Assembly: GCA_938083505.1 (NCBI GenBank)
Contig: CALKCF010000006.1
Location: forward strand, 96,001-160,000
Origin: an uncultured archaeon
GTDB taxonomy: Archaea; Thermoproteota; Nitrososphaeria_A; Caldarchaeales; Wolframiiraptoraceae
Reading direction: 5' to 3'
Length of the DNA: 64,000 nt
Shown: positions 58,861 through 64,000 of the stretch, piece after piece
Position numbering within the stretch: the first letter of the stretch is position 1
Layout of the letters: every line of letters starts with the position of its first letter
Made by a program: the position numbers and the translations under genes
The notes under the pieces: generated by a model
What the model was told of the DNA's origin: nothing
Database searches by the model: none
Seen by the model: only the letters and a program-made list of their open reading frames with translations

Positions 58861-58916
58861 TATGATTAAATAAAGACCTAATGTTTTATTAAGCTTAAAT
58901 CATTGCGTGGGATAGG

Positions 58917-59504
58917 TTGGCGGAACTCTACATAATAGCCGGCGTTCCCGGCGTAGGTAAAACAACGATAGGCTCTTTGGCGGCGAAGTTGATGCGTACG
59001 AGGTTTATTGACCTGTCAGAATTTGTGAAATCTGATAGGCTTTATACAACATACGATAGTAGAAGTAGGTCTTACGTTGTAGACCTCAGAACACTTTCGG
59101 CAGCTCTTAGTTCAGTAATAAAGGAGGAGGGCAGACCACCGATCGTTGCTACCCATATAGCGTTTAAGCCCAGAGGTTGCAAGGTGTTAAGGGTATTAGT
59201 GCTCAGGAAGAACCCACTGAGTCTGCTCACTGTGCTACGCTCCCGCGGATATCCTATCCGAAAGGTTGCTGAGAACGTTGCAGCAGAGCTTATGGATGAG
59301 CAATATGTTGAATTCGTTCACAAGTTCGGCCGCTCAAAGGTTGTCCAATTGGACATTACACATTTAAAGTGTCACGATGCTGCAAGAAAAGCGGTAAAGC
59401 TTTTATCTAAAGGAGGTAAGGGCGACGTTATCAACTGGATCTCTTTACTGGAAAAAAATAGCAAGATAAATAGATTATTGTCATTTATCTCAACGTACTG
59501 CTGA
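58917..59504 (+). CDS. AK6/Fap7-family nucleotide kinase
   Basis: GVPGVGKTT, hhh-TH motif, RGY---KV-EN--AE. Confidence 0.9.
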   Translation: MAELYIIAGVPGVGKTTIGSLAAKLMRTRFIDLSEFVKSDRLYTTYDSRSRSYVVDLRTLSAALSSVIKEEGRPPIVATHIAFKPRGCKVLRVLVLRKNPLSLLTVLRSRGYPIRKVAENVAAELMDEQYVEFVHKFGRSKVVQLDITHLKCHDAARKAVKLLSKGGKGDVINWISLLEKNSKINRLLSFISTYC

Positions 59505-59515
59505 CGTTTAGTTGG

Positions 59516-60544
59516 CTACTTCTTCAGCAGAGTTTTTGCTTTTTCAGCTATCGCCTCTGCCATCTCGAACGTCGTGGCTGTACCGCCTAAGTCGTATGTG
59601 ACTTTCTTTCTCTCAGCTATAACAGCTTCCGTGGCCTCAAATATCGCCTTTGCTATCTCAGCTTCACCTAAATATTCTAGCATCCACGCACCGGACAGTA
59701 TCATTGCGGTTGGGTTCACCTTGTTCATGCCCTTGTACTTCGGTGCGCTTCCATGCGCCGGCTCGAACATCGCATAATTGTCGCCGAAATTTCCGGAATA
59801 TATACAACCTATGCTGGCAACAAGTCCGGAAGCCTCCTCGGACAGTATGTCCATGAACATGTTGGTTCCAAGTATAACGTTCTTGTTGAACCTTTCTGGA
59901 TTTTTCACGAGCTGCTGTGCCATATTGTCTACAAAATACTCTTCATAAGATATACCAGGATACTCTTTAGCAACTCTTTCCACAGATTCCCAGAACATTC
60001 CATCAGCTTCCTTCATTATGTTCCTCTTTGTGATGACTATCACCTTATTCCAGCCCCTTGACTTAGCTATCTCGAATGCCTTCCTAGCTACCCTCTCAGA
60101 CTGTTTCCTAGAAACCTTCCTGATAGCTATTGCGCAATCGTCAGAAAGCCTGACGTCGATTCCTGTGTAAAGGTCTTCTGTCCCCTCCCTAACGCATATG
60201 AAGTCAAGCTCGCCGAATCGTTCCTGCAAACCCTTGAAAGTCTTGATCGGCCTTATGTTAGCATATAGATCAAATCTCTGCCTGATGCTTACTGCGACGC
60301 TCCTAGGCATGCCCCTTTCCCAGGGCGTTGTAGTCGGAGCCTTCAAACACGCATCAGACTTCTCCAAAATTTCCCAGGTCTCAGGAGGTATTAGGGATGG
60401 GCCTCCATGCGCTTGCCACCACTCGAAACCAGCTTCTGACGGGATTATCTTGACGTTGGGTTTAACTGCCTCAAAGACCCTTAGAAAGGCCTCAGAGAGC
60501 TCTGGCCCGACACCATCACCCTTTATTAAGGCGACCGTTTTCAT
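59516..60544 (-). CDS. Isocitrate/isopropylmalate/homoisocitrate dehydrogenase family
   Basis: GDGVGPE, DLYANIRP, RE-TEDLY, N-F-DILSE, FEPAHGSAPK. Confidence 0.93.
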   Translation of the reverse strand: MKTVALIKGDGVGPELSEAFLRVFEAVKPNVKIIPSEAGFEWWQAHGGPSLIPPETWEILEKSDACLKAPTTTPWERGMPRSVAVSIRQRFDLYANIRPIKTFKGLQERFGELDFICVREGTEDLYTGIDVRLSDDCAIAIRKVSRKQSERVARKAFEIAKSRGWNKVIVITKRNIMKEADGMFWESVERVAKEYPGISYEEYFVDNMAQQLVKNPERFNKNVILGTNMFMDILSEEASGLVASIGCIYSGNFGDNYAMFEPAHGSAPKYKGMNKVNPTAMILSGAWMLEYLGEAEIAKAIFEATEAVIAERKKVTYDLGGTATTFEMAEAIAEKAKTLLKK

Positions 60545-60610
60545 AAACTTTTCACTAAAAAATAATTATCGATATAAACTGTTTAAATCTTTTTTGGTCG
60601 TAAAGCGGCT

Positions 60611-61111
60611 TTATTGTTTTGCTGGCCTTCGCTTTAGCTCAGCACCGCACTTCGCGCAGACGTTTAGGCTGCTAACACCGTACTCGCTCCTACAAACGGG
60701 ACAGTAAGCTAGCCAGATTATTTGCTTCCTAATTCCGGGATAAAGAACGCCGACGACTTTTATCGCCATACGCTTCGCAAGATTTTGTATACTGTAGTCG
60801 TCGCTCATTATGACGACTTCAATTCCTGCCTTGCTTTTATCTAGAGCTAGGGCCAAGACTTCTATGTCCGTTCGGGACAGCTTGATCATATCACCAGTCG
60901 AGATCGCGATTCTTTCCACCTCTTTGATGCTATATTCTGACGGTTTAGAAACCTCCAGCTGGCCGGAATAAACGGCGACCTCCACGACATTCTTTACGGA
61001 TTCGTCGTGCATGACTTCCGAGATGACGGAAGGCGTAGTCGCGAACTCCTTCTTTGAAAAGTCCGTCTGGCCGGATATAAGAGCCGTTGAGTCAAGAATG
61101 TATAGCCTCAA
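60611..61111 (-). CDS. nob1: Nob1 PIN-domain rRNA endonuclease
   Basis: ILDSTA, TTPSV--E, TGD--LS-TD, DDYSIQN, C-terminal Zn ribbon. Start placed at TTG 61111. Confidence 0.94.
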   Translation of the reverse strand: MRLYILDSTALISGQTDFSKKEFATTPSVISEVMHDESVKNVVEVAVYSGQLEVSKPSEYSIKEVERIAISTGDMIKLSRTDIEVLALALDKSKAGIEVVIMSDDYSIQNLAKRMAIKVVGVLYPGIRKQIIWLAYCPVCRSEYGVSSLNVCAKCGAELKRRPAKQ

Positions 61112-61124
61112 TTTTTTATGGTCT

Positions 61125-61925
61125 TTAGCGGAGGCGCTTCCTAAGTCTCCTTGCAAAACTGTACTCCCTCTTAACACGAACAAAACGAACGGTCTGTTCG
61201 GATTTGCTTATGATGAGTTTTTCTCTATCTAAAACTTCCCCAATTTGGCCATCAATCAGTACATGGAACTTCGGAGTTTTCAGGCGGAGGGTTATAAAGC
61301 TGTCAAGAGGTAGCACGAGCGGGCTCATCCTCGTAAGCGGACACACAGGCACGATGACTACGACATCAAGTTTATGGTCAACAGCCGGACCTCCTGCGGA
61401 CATGGCATAAGCGGTCGAGCCCAGCGGCGTCGAGATTATAACACCATCAGCAACACCGTCGAGCAAAGCATAACCATCGCGCACGACTTCGAACTCAACG
61501 ACCTTGCCGATGCGTTCACCTGAGATGTAAACTTCATTGACCACATCTCCTAACTTCCTATTTTCAGTATAAACTGAGAGTTTTAGCGTCTCTTCAACCT
61601 CAAAATTCTCTTTGAGTATACTGTCTAGGACAACAGGCACCTCTTCTGGGTCGAGCTCAGAGAGATAGCCACCCCTGCCGAAGTTCACACCTAATATGGG
61701 CGTCCTGTAATCAGCCAAGGAATGTATGCTCCTCAGAATCGTACCATCGCCACCAAGGGTTATGACGAGGTTCGCGATTATCTTCTTCCTTGTTTCCATG
61801 AGGCACTCGGAGTCTAAAACTTCGTTCTCAATCCCCATGGAGCTTAAGTGCTTAGAGAGCTCGCTGGCCATCTCCACAGCTTTGGCTTTTATCGATGCGT
61901 ATACTATAGCTACCTTCTTGATCAA
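61125..61925 (-). CDS. nadK: NAD kinase
   Basis: GGDGT, NE, ADG-IISTP-GSTAYAMSAGGP, DG. Confidence 0.96.
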   Translation of the reverse strand: MIKKVAIVYASIKAKAVEMASELSKHLSSMGIENEVLDSECLMETRKKIIANLVITLGGDGTILRSIHSLADYRTPILGVNFGRGGYLSELDPEEVPVVLDSILKENFEVEETLKLSVYTENRKLGDVVNEVYISGERIGKVVEFEVVRDGYALLDGVADGVIISTPLGSTAYAMSAGGPAVDHKLDVVVIVPVCPLTRMSPLVLPLDSFITLRLKTPKFHVLIDGQIGEVLDREKLIISKSEQTVRFVRVKREYSFARRLRKRLR

Positions 61926-61976
61926 CGTTCTTTTACTCTCCCTAACTTGCTCCCATTTCGTTAACTATAAATATTC

Positions 61977-63263
61977 TTAGGAGGTTCCCAGGTCTTCAAA
62001 GAGTAACGGTTTTGATAGATGCCTCCGCGCAGAAGGAGGGACGGTATAAACACCGGGTGTTAGGGTCCTTTGCTCCTCTACGAAGACTTTCGAGCTTTCT
62101 GACAGTCTATTCCCGCATTTCGGGCACCTATAGCCCTTGTTCCGACCTAAAGACTTCATTTTCTTTCCGCAAATACTGCAGAATGGTGTTAGCGCATGGA
62201 AAGATTTTGCAAGCTCTATCACCCTTATCTTTTCTAAATTTATCGTTAAGGACAACCCGGGCTTGGACTTCACACCGCCGTAAACTATTACCCTATCACC
62301 GGGTCTGAGGGCGCGCACCACGTTTCTGAAAGACTTCGTGGGTTCAAAGGCGGCGCACTGTATCGTTCCCGTTTCGTCCTTCAGCGTGAAGAACACGTGA
62401 CCGCCGGGCATAACCCTAGGTAAATCCGCAACGCTCCCTTCAACGGATACCGACGTTTCGCCCTCTATCTCTGCAATCTTTACCTTCTGTATGTGCAGGT
62501 CCGTCGCCTGGTTCGTCTCGAAGAGCAGCACCCTCTCTACTGGTTCCAGTATCCTCAGAATTGAGAAGGCATAGAATGCCATGTCCGAGTCAAGAGATCT
62601 AATACCCAAAAGAACGGGGCACGGCGTGTGCGGCGTTATCCTAGATTCATTCGTTTCATAGTCAAAGTTGTCGAAGGTCCAAGGGTTTGTCATCGAATCC
62701 ATTTTAATAACGGAATTGTCGTCAACTCTCCTGAATGTACCCCAGTTCTGCTTAGCCCTGTATGCTATAAGCTCATAAGTTTTTTTGGGGATCCTGTCCA
62801 TTCCCACGGCAGCCAACGCACCGACGACCCCCTTACTTCCTTTCAACGCATAAAGCTCGGCTCCGACGTCTGAAGCAACGGCAAAAGCATCCCCTACACT
62901 CACCATTCGCCTAACGACGCTCATGGAGAAGCTTCTCAGCCTCTCCGGCATCTCCTCACCCACGTAGAACGCAACGCCTGGCTCTGTGCCGTCGCATTCC
63001 AGCTCGGCCAACTCACGCACTCTATTCAAGACCACTTCCTTGACTTTTTTCAACTTTCCCGAATCGGCCGAAAACCTCAGGGCAACGGCGGCGTTACCCC
63101 TCGTCTTGTAGGGGCAGTTCGGGTTGAGGCGGATGAGTTGAGGCCTCATTATGGGAGTTAAGCCCATCTTTAGCAAATCCTCGAATATTATGGCTGCTAC
63201 GTAAGTCGTGCACATTGCCTTCCTAGAATCGGTATCGTCAATGCCGATATGTAGCTTTACCAA
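61977..63263 (-). CDS. tiaS: tRNA(Ile2) agmatidine synthetase
   Basis: IGIDDTDS, CTTY, RLNPN-P-KTRGN, TNQ-TD, GGH, AFEPT, Zn ribbon, RRHL-KP. Confidence 0.97.
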   Translation of the reverse strand: MVKLHIGIDDTDSRKAMCTTYVAAIIFEDLLKMGLTPIMRPQLIRLNPNCPYKTRGNAAVALRFSADSGKLKKVKEVVLNRVRELAELECDGTEPGVAFYVGEEMPERLRSFSMSVVRRMVSVGDAFAVASDVGAELYALKGSKGVVGALAAVGMDRIPKKTYELIAYRAKQNWGTFRRVDDNSVIKMDSMTNPWTFDNFDYETNESRITPHTPCPVLLGIRSLDSDMAFYAFSILRILEPVERVLLFETNQATDLHIQKVKIAEIEGETSVSVEGSVADLPRVMPGGHVFFTLKDETGTIQCAAFEPTKSFRNVVRALRPGDRVIVYGGVKSKPGLSLTINLEKIRVIELAKSFHALTPFCSICGKKMKSLGRNKGYRCPKCGNRLSESSKVFVEEQRTLTPGVYTVPPSARRHLSKPLLFEDLGTS

Positions 63264-63307
63264 CCTGGCCTTGGATTTATCTTCCTCTACCGTGAATTTA
63301 AGTCTAA

Positions 63308-64000
63308 CTACGACAGATCTAAGAATGACATGACCTTACACTTCAACCCCAACCTCTTCTTTAGCTCCTCCACGCAGTTCTTGACGGAGAATAACGTAAA
63401 TATGCCCACGGTTTTTGCTTTTGACCTCTCAACGAGCCTTACCATTGCCTCGAGCGTTGCGCCAGTTCTCATTATGTCATCAACTATGAGGACGTTCTCG
63501 TCCTTCTTGAGGGAGCCCTTAGGTATGTAGAAGGTCTTGAAGAGAACTGGTGAGAAAATTGCCTTCTCTTCGAGGAACTCCTCCACACCAACCTCCTTAG
63601 TTCCTTTTGCCACGACAACCGACTTGACACCAAGCTCATTCCCGAGCTGTATCGCTATCGGAATCCCATCAACTGCGGCTGTTAAAATCTTGTCCACCTT
63701 GACGAGCTCGAACTCGCTGGCCACACTTTTCGCGATGAGCTGTTGAAGCCCTGCGTCGTAGCAAACGGAGGTAAGGTCATAAGCGCCATCCCTCTCAAAG
63801 ACCTTTGACCTAAGTATGTCGCGAATGTAGTTTTCCTTAACGGCCTCTATTATCATCTCAGCTTTTTCGGCGCTCGGTATTACGTGACCGTTTATGTACC
63901 TGCTCAAAACGCTCGGTGGCAAATTTATAATCCTGGATATCTCCCTGTACGTGTAGTTCCTTTTCAAAACTCTCAGTATCTCAACAGCAAAAAGTTTTTT
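63308..64000 (-). CDS. HTH-fused phosphoribosyltransferase (PurR-like regulator); 5' end lies beyond the window
   Basis: YREIS...LSRY-NG--P HTH and PRPP loop VLIVDDIMRTG-T; frame stays open to the window edge. Confidence 0.88.
   Translation of the reverse strand, partial: KKLFAVEILRVLKRNYTYREISRIINLPPSVLSRYINGHVIPSAEKAEMIIEAVKENYIRDILRSKVFERDGAYDLTSVCYDAGLQQLIAKSVASEFELVKVDKILTAAVDGIPIAIQLGNELGVKSVVVAKGTKEVGVEEFLEEKAIFSPVLFKTFYIPKGSLKKDENVLIVDDIMRTGATLEAMVRLVERSKAKTVGIFTLFSVKNCVEELKKRLGLKCKVMSFLDLS

Noticed and set aside
1-64000. CRISPR arrays, tRNA/rRNA genes, transposases or integrases
   Set aside because: No regularly spaced repeats, cloverleaf patterns or mobile-element ORFs seen by eye; a tRNAscan-SE/Infernal run would be needed to exclude them fully.

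Overview
A gene-dense, mostly housekeeping segment of a (hyper)thermophilic archaeal chromosome. It carries reverse gyrase, TFB, Rpo3/Rpo10, archaeal MAT and TiaS, and the gene content points to the TACK group, probably Aigarchaeota/Nitrososphaeria-like (inference). It contains mevalonate genes joined to the rpoD-rpl18e-rpl13-rps9-rpoN-eno-rps2 superoperon, three aminoacyl-tRNA synthetases (Arg, Ile, Cys), a trpB2-serA / aminotransferase divergon, F420 genes (FbiB-C-like nitroreductase, cofD, cofC, a Mer-like LLM), ribosome-biogenesis factors (Rio2, Nob1, Fap7/AK6) and an Lhr helicase. I saw no tRNA, rRNA, CRISPR array or transposase. The main candidate system is a three-gene operon (52579-55753) encoding a short hinge-less SMC with Smc5-type motifs, a kleisin-like protein and a KITE (Nse1/Nse3/ScpB-like) protein, i.e. 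a minimal archaeal Smc5/6-like complex. Other points of interest: two DPM2-like small membrane proteins, TrpY-type TRP boxes upstream of trpB2, two genes that appear to need CTG starts, a palindrome cluster upstream of HMG-CoA reductase, two candidate intergenic structured RNAs, and an F420 neighbourhood hinting at an unusual precursor route. All assignments come from motif recognition by eye; no searches were run.
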